Below are positions 27,970 through 36,597 of a DNA stretch of 64,000 nucleotides, piece after piece. The DNA comes from Myxococcota bacterium (lineage in GTDB: Bacteria; Myxococcota_A; UBA9160; UBA6930): NCBI GenBank assembly GCA_965223415.1, contig OZ245002.1:352001-416000 (forward strand), given 5' to 3'. Each line of letters opens with the position of its first letter. The first letter of the stretch is position 1. Made by a program: the position numbers and the translations under genes. The notes under the pieces are model-generated. The model did not search any database, was not told where the DNA came from, and saw only the letters and a list, made by a program, of their open reading frames with translations.

Positions 27970-28898
27970 CGAACCTGAGCGCCGGGGGACGTCACCGGGC
28001 GGCCCACGCGGTGCTCGCGGAAGCCGACCGCCACGCTTCGGTGATCCAGCGCGAGACCGCCGGCAGCCAGATGGTGCCGGACGCGGTGGCGGAGTTCGCG
28101 GACCGGGGCGTCGACGTCCTCGTGGTCAACGGAGGCGACGGCACCCTCCAGCGGGCGTTGACCGAGGTGCTCGGGCACACACCTGGCTGGCGCCCGAAGA
28201 TCGCGCCGCTGCGGAGCGGGCGGACGAACATGGCAGCCCTCGACGTCGGGGCCGGTCGCACCCCCGCAGCGGGCCTCCGCAGTCTGGTGGACGACGCTCA
28301 GCAGGGACGCATCGCCGAGCGGGTCGTGCGGCGGCCGGTGCTGTGCATGGAGCTGGTCGGGGAGGAGCCGCCCCACTACGGGATGTTCTTCGGGGCCGGC
28401 GTCATCTGTCGCGCCATCCAGCTCACCCACCAGGCCTTTCCGAAGGGCAAGGCCCAGGGCGTGTTCGGCTCGTCCCTGGTCACCGGCACGCTACTGGCCC
28501 AGCTGCTCTCGGGGCGTCGGGCGGGAGTCCTCGCGCCGGACAAGGTGCAGCTGACCCTCGACGAGCAGCCCGCCGGCGCCGACGCCTACACCCTGGTGAT
28601 CGCCACGACCCTCGAGCGCCTGTTCCTGCGCATGCGTCCCTTCTGGGGGACGGGGCCGGGACCCGTGCGTCTGACGACGATGACCGCGGGCGTCCGCGGG
28701 CTCGGGCGCGCCCTGCCGCGCATCCTGCGGGGCAGGGCGCCGGCCGGGCCGGCGGAAGGCCTCGAGAGCCGCAACGCCCGGGAGGGCCGGTTCCGACTCG
28801 ACTGCGACGTGTCCCTGGACGGCGAGCTCTTCGGGCCCCGCGAGACACGGGTCGTGCGGCTATCGGCGCCGGAACAGATCGAGTTCCTGCGGGTGTGA
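27951..28898 (+). CDS. Diacylglycerol/sphingosine/ceramide kinase family protein
   Basis: LTNLSAG; VVNGGDGT; PLRSGRTN; LDGE. Confidence 0.88.
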   Translation: MRIGVLTNLSAGGRHRAAHAVLAEADRHASVIQRETAGSQMVPDAVAEFADRGVDVLVVNGGDGTLQRALTEVLGHTPGWRPKIAPLRSGRTNMAALDVGAGRTPAAGLRSLVDDAQQGRIAERVVRRPVLCMELVGEEPPHYGMFFGAGVICRAIQLTHQAFPKGKAQGVFGSSLVTGTLLAQLLSGRRAGVLAPDKVQLTLDEQPAGADAYTLVIATTLERLFLRMRPFWGTGPGPVRLTTMTAGVRGLGRALPRILRGRAPAGPAEGLESRNAREGRFRLDCDVSLDGELFGPRETRVVRLSAPEQIEFLRV

Positions 28899-29794
28899 CG
28901 ACCGCCCTCGCCGAGCGCGTGTCCGAGGAGCTGGCGGGGCCGGCTCCGGAGGAGGCCCGCGTCCTGGCCGAGGCCCTGGCGCGACGCTTCGGCGCCGCGA
29001 CCGCGGCGGTGCTCTTCTACGGGTCGTGCCTGCGGCGGAGCAGCGGCGAAGGCGTGCTCGACTTCTACGTCCTCGTGAGCGACTACCGCCGGGCCTATCC
29101 GTCGCGCTGGCTCGCCCTGCTCAATCGCACGCTCCCCCCTAACGTCTTCAACGTCGAGTGCGAGCACGTTGGAGACACGGTTCGGGCGAAGGTCGCGGTG
29201 CTGTCCGTGGATCACTTCGAGAGCGCGGTTTCACCGCGGTGGGTCGAGGCGCGGGTGTGGGCGCGCTTCGCGCAGCCGGCGCGGCTCCTGTACGCGCGCG
29301 ACGAGGAGACGCGAAGGGCCGTCGTCCGCGACGTGGCCGCGGCGGTGCGGACCTTCGTCGGGCATCTCCCGGCCTGGCTGCCGGATCCGCCGCTGACCGC
29401 CGACCGCTTCTGGCCGGCGGCCTTCGCCGAGACGTATCGGGCGGAGCTGCGAAGCGAACGCCCGGAGACCATCCGGGCGCTCTACGACGCCGCGCCGGCC
29501 CGCTACGCCGAGATGCTGGAGCTGGCGCGCAAGGAGCCGGACGCAGCCCACGATCCGACCGCGGACGAGGTCCGGCGCCGCTGGCGTCGGTGCCGGATCA
29601 CCGGCAAGGCCTGGTCGACCCTGGGCCTCCTGAAGTGCGTCTTCACCTTCGACGACTGGGCCGGCTACGCCCTGTGGAAGCTCGAGCGCCACCGGGGCCG
29701 CCCGATCCCGATCAGCGACCGCCAGCGCCGCCACCCCCTGCTGTTCGGGTGGCCCATCCTCTGGCACCTCCTCCGCACCCGCACCCTCCGCTGA
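28895..29794 (+). CDS. Tam41/Mmp37-like cytidylyltransferase (pol-beta NTase fold)
   Basis: VLFYGSC...VLDFYVLVSDY; LNRTLPPNVF; WARFAQP; SYxxxxR-like TYRAELRSE. Confidence 0.72.
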   Translation: MTTALAERVSEELAGPAPEEARVLAEALARRFGAATAAVLFYGSCLRRSSGEGVLDFYVLVSDYRRAYPSRWLALLNRTLPPNVFNVECEHVGDTVRAKVAVLSVDHFESAVSPRWVEARVWARFAQPARLLYARDEETRRAVVRDVAAAVRTFVGHLPAWLPDPPLTADRFWPAAFAETYRAELRSERPETIRALYDAAPARYAEMLELARKEPDAAHDPTADEVRRRWRRCRITGKAWSTLGLLKCVFTFDDWAGYALWKLERHRGRPIPISDRQRRHPLLFGWPILWHLLRTRTLR

Positions 29795-29810
29795 ACCCGA
29801 CAGGGGACGT

Positions 29811-30842
29811 TCAGGAGGCGAACAGGCTGGCCAGGGCGGGGGCCAGGCCGCGGACCTCGGCGGCGCGGTAGGGGGAGGTCTGGGGGAGCTCGCGGCACAG
29901 GGCGCGGTGGACGTGGCCGAGGCTGTGGTAGGGGAGCGTCGGGGCGAAGTGGTGGAGCGCGTGGTAGCGCAGACCGACCGGAGCCAGGAGCGCCATCACC
30001 GGCGCGGGGTGCACGAGGTTCACGGTGTCGAGCAGCTCGCCGATGCGGTCCTGGGGCTCGCCGCCGCTCCGGTAGCGGTGGGCGGCCAGCGTGCGCACGT
30101 GGTTGAGCCACAGGATGGCAGCGGTGACCGCGTACCACTGGACGAGCGCGATGCCCGGGAGCGCGCCGGAGGCGAAGCTGGCGATCGCCGCCACTACCAC
30201 CACGCTGCAGCCGAGCTCGCCGATCCACCAACGCCGGCGTTGGCGCCCGAGCGGCGACCGACGACGATACGCCGCGTTGATCACCAGGGTCGAGAGGCGC
30301 TCCACCAGGAAGCGACGCAACGGCGGGACGAGCCAGGAGAGGGGGCCCAGGAGGCCCCAGCGCAGCACGAGCGCCGCCGGCACCAGCACCAGGCCGAGGG
30401 AGCTCGCCACGAGCCGCAGCGCACTCCAGTCCGCCAGCGTCTCGTACTCCGGGTCCCCGGCGGTGCCGTACACGCCCTTGCGATGGTGGTCGCCGTGGGA
30501 GCCGAAGTAGAGCAGGCTCGGAGCCAGCAGGGGAAAGCCCACCAGCAGGTGCCAGGCCGCCTCGAAGCCCGGCAGGGCCCCGCGCTTGAGGTGGGCGAGC
30601 TCGTGGATGAAGAGGACGGCCCGGTAGAGGCCGAGCACCGCGCAGGTGCCAGCCGCCAGCGCGCCGATCGAGAACGGCGGCAGCCCCAGCGCCAGGAAGA
30701 ACCCGCCCCACCCCACCGCGACCGAGAGCAGCAGGTCGGCCCAGTAGAAGCCGGGCCGCGGCAGGAAGGCGTCGCGATGGGCGCGGCGCAGCGCACCGAT
30801 CGAGAGCGCGGGATCGGGCACCGGAGTGGGTGACGTGGGCAC
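29811..30842 (-). CDS. Membrane fatty acid (lipid) desaturase
   Basis: His boxes HELAH, HGDHH, YHALHH. Confidence 0.9.
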   Translation of the reverse strand: MPTSPTPVPDPALSIGALRRAHRDAFLPRPGFYWADLLLSVAVGWGGFFLALGLPPFSIGALAAGTCAVLGLYRAVLFIHELAHLKRGALPGFEAAWHLLVGFPLLAPSLLYFGSHGDHHRKGVYGTAGDPEYETLADWSALRLVASSLGLVLVPAALVLRWGLLGPLSWLVPPLRRFLVERLSTLVINAAYRRRSPLGRQRRRWWIGELGCSVVVVAAIASFASGALPGIALVQWYAVTAAILWLNHVRTLAAHRYRSGGEPQDRIGELLDTVNLVHPAPVMALLAPVGLRYHALHHFAPTLPYHSLGHVHRALCRELPQTSPYRAAEVRGLAPALASLFAS

Positions 30843-30896
30843 GAAGAGCTCCTGGACGGCCGCAGCATAGGAACTTTCCCCGGGCGGATCCGCCCG

Positions 30897-31652
30897 TCAG
30901 CCCCGCATGTACCAGCCACCGCTCACGTTCAGCACCTCGCCGGTGACGAAGCTCGACTGCTCCGACACCAGGAAGGCGACCGCGTTGGCCACGTCCTCCG
31001 GCTCGCCGAGGCGGCGCATCGGAGTCCGCTCGACCTCTCCGTCGAAGCTGCTCTCGTACTTCTTGACGAACTTCGAGCGGATGATGCCCGGGGCCACCGC
31101 GTTGCAGCGCACGCCGTGGGGCCCCGCCTCGAGGGCGATGCTCCGGGTGAGCGAGTGGAGGGCGGCCTTGGCCGCCGCGTAGGGGCCCTCCCGGGCGTTG
31201 CCGATGAATGCCGCCACCGAGGTCACGTTCACGATGGATCCGAAGCCCCGCTCCATCATCCCCGGCAGCACCCGCCGGATCAGCCGGAAGCATCCGTTCA
31301 GGTCCGCCTCCATCACCGTGTCCCAGTCGTCGAAAGCGTACTCGCTCACCGGCACCAGCACGTTCAGGGCGGCGTTGTTCACCAGCACGTCCACGGGACC
31401 GAGCTCGGCGGTCACCTGCTCGAGGGCCGCGTCGATGCTCTCCCGGCTGCCGACGTCGAGGAGGTAGCCGCCGACCCGGGGGCCGTGGACGTCGGCGAGC
31501 GCCGCGACCACGTCCTTCGTCCGCCGCTCGTGGACGTCGGTGACGGCGACGCTCGCGCCCTCCCGGAGCAGCCGGCGCGCGATCGCCTGGCCGGCGCCGT
31601 CCCCCGCTGCGCCGGTCACCAGCGCCACGCGACCCTCGAGCTCGCCGCTCAA
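30897..31652 (-). CDS. SDR family oxidoreductase
   Basis: TGAAGDGAG, NNA, YAAAK; TTGA overlap. Confidence 0.92.
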   Translation of the reverse strand: MSGELEGRVALVTGAAGDGAGQAIARRLLREGASVAVTDVHERRTKDVVAALADVHGPRVGGYLLDVGSRESIDAALEQVTAELGPVDVLVNNAALNVLVPVSEYAFDDWDTVMEADLNGCFRLIRRVLPGMMERGFGSIVNVTSVAAFIGNAREGPYAAAKAALHSLTRSIALEAGPHGVRCNAVAPGIIRSKFVKKYESSFDGEVERTPMRRLGEPEDVANAVAFLVSEQSSFVTGEVLNVSGGWYMRG

Positions 31653-32830
31653 GCGGGCCGCACCAGGCCCAGGGCGTTGTCGCGCATGATGCGACGCACG
31701 TCCTCCGCCGGCATGCGCTCGATCTCCTCGGCGAACTGTCGGGGCTCCGCCAGCCCCTCGGCGTGGGGGAAGTCGGAGCCGAACACGATCTGGGAGGTGC
31801 CCACGGCCCGGGCCAGCTCGTAGATGTCCTCTTCGTGGTAGGGCGCGACGAAGACGTGCCGGCGCAGGATCGCGCTGGGCTTCTCGGTGATGCGCCCGCC
31901 GGGCCAGGGCCCGTTGCGCCCCATGCCCCCCATCTTGTCCATCACCTGCATCAGGTAGGGCACGAAGAGCGAGCCGTTCTCCACGCTCACGACCCGCACG
32001 TTCTCGAAGCGCCCGAACAGGTTGTGGAAGATCAGCGCGGCGATCGTGTCCATGATCGGCCGGTCGCCGTACATGCAGCTCCACTGGAAGGCGCTCTGGC
32101 GGTGGGACGACGGATTGGCGGGCTCGCCGAAGTTCGTGCTCACCATCTCGTTGTAGCCGGACTCGCCGATGTGGAAGGCCACCGCCACGCGGGCCTCGTC
32201 GACGCGGGCCCAGAAGGGATCGAAGTGGGGATCCGCCGGCGAGCGGCCGAAGGCGGGCCCGGGGCGCAACGAGATCACCCGCGCGCCCTTCGCCAGCACC
32301 CACTCGAGCTCCTCCACCGCCTGGTCCAGGTCGAGCAGCGAGAGCAGGGGTGCGGCGTAGATCCGATCGCGGAAGGCGAAGCCCCAGTCCTCGTCGAGCC
32401 AGCGGTTGAAGGCGCGCATGTTCCCGTACATCTGCTCGGGATCGTCCTTCATGAAGTGCTCGACGCAGACCGCCAGGGTCGGAAACAGGAAGCAGCCCTC
32501 GATGCCCTGCTCGTCCATCAGGGCGAGGCGTGCGTCCCGGTTCCGGTAGGCGGGCCGGATCTCCTCGATCACCTCCTCGCCGGACTCGTCGTAGCGCCTC
32601 ATGCGCAGCATCTCGCGCAGGGCGCCGGGCCGCACCGTGTGGGTGAAGCTGTGGTTCACGAGGAAGGTGAAGGGCTCGCCGCCGATCCAGATGCGGTCCC
32701 GACCTTCCGCGTCCGCCTCCACCCGGATGGCCTTGTCCTTCAGCGCCGGGTCGATGTGGCGGGTGAAGCAGTCCCGGGGCTCGTAGTAGTGGTTGTCGGC
32801 GTCGAAGAGGGCGAAGTCGAGGGCGGGCAT
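31649..32830 (-). CDS. Amidohydrolase_2 family protein
   Basis: DADNHYYE; FHIGES; ENGS; FGSDFPHAEG. Confidence 0.9.
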   Translation of the reverse strand: MPALDFALFDADNHYYEPRDCFTRHIDPALKDKAIRVEADAEGRDRIWIGGEPFTFLVNHSFTHTVRPGALREMLRMRRYDESGEEVIEEIRPAYRNRDARLALMDEQGIEGCFLFPTLAVCVEHFMKDDPEQMYGNMRAFNRWLDEDWGFAFRDRIYAAPLLSLLDLDQAVEELEWVLAKGARVISLRPGPAFGRSPADPHFDPFWARVDEARVAVAFHIGESGYNEMVSTNFGEPANPSSHRQSAFQWSCMYGDRPIMDTIAALIFHNLFGRFENVRVVSVENGSLFVPYLMQVMDKMGGMGRNGPWPGGRITEKPSAILRRHVFVAPYHEEDIYELARAVGTSQIVFGSDFPHAEGLAEPRQFAEEIERMPAEDVRRIMRDNALGLVRPA

Positions 32831-32844
32831 GGTGCCTCCTTGGC

Positions 32845-33702
32845 CTACTTCGGAAGCTCGCCTTCCATGACGTCCTTGCCCAGGGTGGGCTCGATGAAGG
32901 GGCCGAAGTCCGGACCGCGGCGCAGGGCGTGGCCCCCGTCCACGTTGATGCAGGTGCCGGTGATCCATCGCGACTCGGGACCGATCAGGAAGCGCGCCAG
33001 GTTCCCCACGTCCTCGGGCAGGCCGACGTCGGCCATCGGCGTGTTCTGGATGTAGGAGGCGTAGGTGGCGCTGTCCCGGGGCACGCCCTCCATGATCTCG
33101 GTCGCGATGAAGCCGGGGCGGATTGCGTTGAAGCGCAGCTTGCGTGCTCCGAACTCGTTGGCGGCGTTGCGCATCATCTCCTCGATGCCCGCCTTGCCGA
33201 CGCAGTAGGCACCGAAGTACGGGTGGGGCAGATGGCCGGCGATCGACGACATGCCGACGAAGCTGCCGCCACCGGCCGCCACCATGGGCGGCACCGTGTG
33301 CTTCACGCACAGCATCGTGCCGAGCACGTTCAGGTGGAGGACGCGAAGGAACTCCTCGGTGTCCTGCACCTGGTAGGGCCCCATGCCGCCGCCGCCGCCC
33401 GCGTTGGCCACGCAGCCGTCGAGCCGGCCGGTCGGCTCCAGTGCCTTCGCGACCACCGCCTGCACCTCGTCCTCGCTCGTCACGTCGGCCACCACCGTCT
33501 GCACGCTGCCTCCGTGCCCGGCCGCCTGCTCGATCTGCTTGGCCGCGTCCTCGAGCTTCGACGCGGTGCGCCCGCAGATGGTCACGGCCGCGCCGTCGGC
33601 GGCGAGCTGGGCGGCGCAGGCCTTGCCGATTCCGGTGCCTCCGCCGGTCACGAGGACGGCGAGGCCCTCGAGGCCGCCGGAAGGCTTGCTGGGGCTGGGC
33701 AT
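32845..33702 (-). CDS. SDR family oxidoreductase
   Basis: TGGGTGIG, ANAG, YCVGK. Confidence 0.92.
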   Translation of the reverse strand: MPSPSKPSGGLEGLAVLVTGGGTGIGKACAAQLAADGAAVTICGRTASKLEDAAKQIEQAAGHGGSVQTVVADVTSEDEVQAVVAKALEPTGRLDGCVANAGGGGGMGPYQVQDTEEFLRVLHLNVLGTMLCVKHTVPPMVAAGGGSFVGMSSIAGHLPHPYFGAYCVGKAGIEEMMRNAANEFGARKLRFNAIRPGFIATEIMEGVPRDSATYASYIQNTPMADVGLPEDVGNLARFLIGPESRWITGTCINVDGGHALRRGPDFGPFIEPTLGKDVMEGELPK

Positions 33703-33773
33703 CGAGAGGTCTCCTGTGAGGGAAGCGCCGGACCCCGTTCTACCTTGGTCGGGAGGGGGGCCGCAAGCAGCGG

Positions 33774-33802
33774 TTGACAACATCTGCTTTGCATTGCAAA
33801 GT
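33774..33802 (+). promoter_or_regulatory. Sigma70 promoter with overlapping palindromic operator
   Basis: TTGACA 33774-33779; CTTTGCA-T-TGCAAAG 33787-33801 covers the spacer and -10 (CAAAGT). Confidence 0.75.
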
Positions 33803-33824
33803 ACTTGGGAATCAGGAGGTCCAC

Positions 33825-34397
33825 GTGAGCGATCCCGAAGCCGCCCTCGAAGAGATCCGCATCGTCCGGAAGATGATCGAGGCGACCCGTCAACGCGTGC
33901 GAGGCGCCTGGATCCCCTTCCTGGTCTTCGGAGTGCTCGGCGTCCTGGCCAGCCTCGCGAGCCACGCGCTGCAGGCGGAGGGCGGCGTGTGGCGCGCCGT
34001 GCCGTGGCTGGCGTTCCTGGCCCTGAGCCTCGCCGGCCTACGTGCCCTTCGGCCGCACCTGGGCGGTGGGGGCACCTTCGTCGGGCGCATGCTGATCTCG
34101 ACGTGGCGCGGCGTGGCCCTCGCCGTGCTCGTGCTCTGGATCGCCGTCGCCGGCTCCGCGAGTGCCGCCTTGGTCGGAACCCTCAGCCTGCTGGGACTCG
34201 GCGTCTTTCTCTCGGGACGGTTGCTCGACTATCCGCCCCTCACCTGGGGCGCGGGCCTGTGGTGGCTGGGCGCCGTGCTCGCCGCGGCGCGCCCGGAGCT
34301 CGCCATGCTGATCGAGGCGACGGTGATCGCCCTGACCTACCTGCTGCCGGCCTGGGGCCTCTACCGCCAGGAGGTGCAGGGGGCCCATGCGGCGTGA
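33825..34397 (+). CDS. Membrane protein (about 6 TM)
   Basis: AGGAGG RBS; ALEEIRIVRKMIE then hydrophobic helices. Confidence 0.8.
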   Translation: MSDPEAALEEIRIVRKMIEATRQRVRGAWIPFLVFGVLGVLASLASHALQAEGGVWRAVPWLAFLALSLAGLRALRPHLGGGGTFVGRMLISTWRGVALAVLVLWIAVAGSASAALVGTLSLLGLGVFLSGRLLDYPPLTWGAGLWWLGAVLAAARPELAMLIEATVIALTYLLPAWGLYRQEVQGAHAA

Positions 34398-34701
34398 CTT
34401 CGACCTCCGCCGCACCGACGGGCTTCTGCACGCACCGGCTCGCCTCGCGGTGATGGCGATGCTCGCTGGCGGCGGCGAGATCGACTTCAAGCGCCTGCGC
34501 GACGAGCTCGAGCTCACCGACGGGAACCTGTCCTCCCACCTGCGCAAGCTGGAGGAGGCCGGCTACGTGAGCTGCTCCAAGGGCTTCCTGGGTCGACGTC
34601 CCCGCACCAGCTACACGATCCGCGCGAAGGGCCGCAGCGCCCTCACCCGCCACGTCGACGAGCTCGAGCGCATCGTCGCCTCGAGCCGGAGCGCGCGTTG
34701 A
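34387..34701 (+). CDS. Winged-helix transcriptional regulator (HTH_34/ArsR-like)
   Basis: LHAPARLAVM...DF..LRDELELTDGNLSSHLRKLEEAGYV...PRTSY. Confidence 0.9.
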   Translation: MRRDFDLRRTDGLLHAPARLAVMAMLAGGGEIDFKRLRDELELTDGNLSSHLRKLEEAGYVSCSKGFLGRRPRTSYTIRAKGRSALTRHVDELERIVASSRSAR

Positions 34702-34886
34702 GCCTCCCGGACCAGCCGGGACCGGCTGCCCTGCCGTGGCTCGCCATCGTCATCCCGTTCCTGCCGCAGGTGTTCGCACGGCTCCTCGTACCCTCCGGCC
34801 TCCAGGGCCTGTCGTCCTTCGCCGCTTTCGTGCTGGTTCCGCTCTCGCGAGCCAGCGGGAGCGGTGTCGAAACCGCGGGAGGATGA
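34698..34886 (+). CDS. Possible small membrane protein (62 aa)
   Basis: 4-nt overlaps with both neighbours; hydrophobic. Confidence 0.4.
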   Translation: MSLPDQPGPAALPWLAIVIPFLPQVFARLLVPSGLQGLSSFAAFVLVPLSRASGSGVETAGG

Positions 34887-35887
34887 AGGCCATGAAGGGC
34901 TGGACCATCGCCGCACCCTCCGTACGCGTAGCGCGTCGGCCCCTCGGCGTTCGCGCCCACGAGGACGACCTGGTCGTCTTCCGAGACGCCGCGGGCGCGG
35001 CCCACGTGCTGGTCGACCGCTGTCCCCACCGCGGGGTGCAGCTCTCCCTGGGCAGCGTCGAGGAAGGACGGCTCACCTGTCGCTACCACGGCTGGCAGTT
35101 CGAAGGCGGTGGGCGCTGCGTGCGGATCCCGTCCCTGCGCGACGACCAGCGGATTCCCGCCGGCGTCGAGGTTCCGGCGCTGCCCACGGCGGAGCAGGAC
35201 GGCTACGTGTGGGCCTGGCTCGGCAGGGGCGCGCCCCGGCCCGCCCGCCCACTCCCGATCCCCGCCTTCCCCCGCCGGCGGTGGATCCAGAGCACCGTTC
35301 CCATGGCCTGCCACTGGCGAAAGGCGATCGAGAACAACGTCGACCCGACCCACGCGGCCTTCACCCACCGCTGGACCCATCCCCAGTGGTTCTCGCGGCG
35401 CTTCCGGGGGCTCCGCCTCGGGACCGCGGAGGTTCGCACGACCGAAGACGGCTTCGTGCTCTTCGTGCCGGCCGCGCGAAGCGCCGAAGACCCGATTCCG
35501 GCCCGGCCGCCGGTCTCGGCCCGCTTCGAGCTTCCGGATCGCGTGACGGTCAGCTTCCACGGCCGCTTCGAGCAGGTCATCGTGCTGAACGCGATCTCGA
35601 CCGGCCCCCACGATTGCCGCCTCGAGACCCTGGTCACCAACCCGCTTCCCTTCGGCCCGAAGACGCGCTTCACCCGTCGCGAGCACGTGATCTTCCGCCA
35701 GGACCGCCGCGTGATGGAGAGCGCGGAGCGCTGGACCCGCGAGATCGGTCACGACTTCGAGCGCAGCGTCGAGGCGGACTTCCCGATGCTGCTCGTGCGC
35801 CGCATCGTGGAGCTGGCCGAGAGCGGCCGTTGGGAGGAGAAGCGCGCCTCGCTGCCGCCGCGGAGGGTGATACGCATCCGCGCCTGA
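34883..35887 (+). CDS. Rieske non-heme iron oxygenase alpha subunit (VanA-like)
   Basis: CPHRG...CRYHGW; ENNVDPTHAAFTH. Confidence 0.92.
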   Translation: MKAMKGWTIAAPSVRVARRPLGVRAHEDDLVVFRDAAGAAHVLVDRCPHRGVQLSLGSVEEGRLTCRYHGWQFEGGGRCVRIPSLRDDQRIPAGVEVPALPTAEQDGYVWAWLGRGAPRPARPLPIPAFPRRRWIQSTVPMACHWRKAIENNVDPTHAAFTHRWTHPQWFSRRFRGLRLGTAEVRTTEDGFVLFVPAARSAEDPIPARPPVSARFELPDRVTVSFHGRFEQVIVLNAISTGPHDCRLETLVTNPLPFGPKTRFTRREHVIFRQDRRVMESAERWTREIGHDFERSVEADFPMLLVRRIVELAESGRWEEKRASLPPRRVIRIRA

Positions 35888-35901
35888 GGCACCCTCGGGC
35901 C

Positions 35902-36597
35902 ATGATCGACCTCTACTACTGGCCCACGCCCAACGGCTGGAAGATCTCCATCGCCCTCGAGGAGATGGAACTCCCCTACGAGGTGCACTGGATCCACATC
36001 GGCCGCGGCGAGCAGTTCGCGCCGGAGTTCCTGGCCGTGAGCCCGAACGGACGGATGCCCGCCATCGTCGACCGCGAGCCCACGGGCGGCGGGGAGCCGC
36101 TCTCGATCTTCGAGTCCGGCGCGATTCTGTTCTACCTGGCGGAGAAGAGCGGACGCTTCCTGCCCCCAGAGACCCACGCCCGCTTCGACGTGCTGCAGTG
36201 GCTCTTCTGGCAGGTGGGCGGGGTCGGCCCGATGTTCGGGCAGTTCGGCCACTTCAACCTCTACGCCGACGAGAAGGTGCCCTACGCCCTCGACCGCTAC
36301 GGCCGGGAGACCCGGCGCCTCTACGGCGTGATGAACGAGCAGCTGGCCCGGCGCGAGTACCTGGCCGGCGACTACTCGATCGCCGACATGGCCACCTGGC
36401 CCTGGGTCGTGACCTACAAGCGCAACGACATCGACCTGGCCGGCGATTTCCCCCACGTGCGCCGCTGGTACGACGCGTTGAAGCAGCGCCCCGGCCTGCG
36501 TCGCGGGTACGACCTGGGCAAGGAGGGCCGCAAGGCCCTCTCCACGGGCCCCGACGCGGAAGGCCGCAAGAACCTCTTCGGCAGGACCGGATCGTGA
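35902..36597 (+). CDS. Glutathione S-transferase (YfcG/YghU-like)
   Basis: MIDLYYWPTPNGWK; SPNGRMP; FESGAI. Confidence 0.93.
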   Translation: MIDLYYWPTPNGWKISIALEEMELPYEVHWIHIGRGEQFAPEFLAVSPNGRMPAIVDREPTGGGEPLSIFESGAILFYLAEKSGRFLPPETHARFDVLQWLFWQVGGVGPMFGQFGHFNLYADEKVPYALDRYGRETRRLYGVMNEQLARREYLAGDYSIADMATWPWVVTYKRNDIDLAGDFPHVRRWYDALKQRPGLRRGYDLGKEGRKALSTGPDAEGRKNLFGRTGS

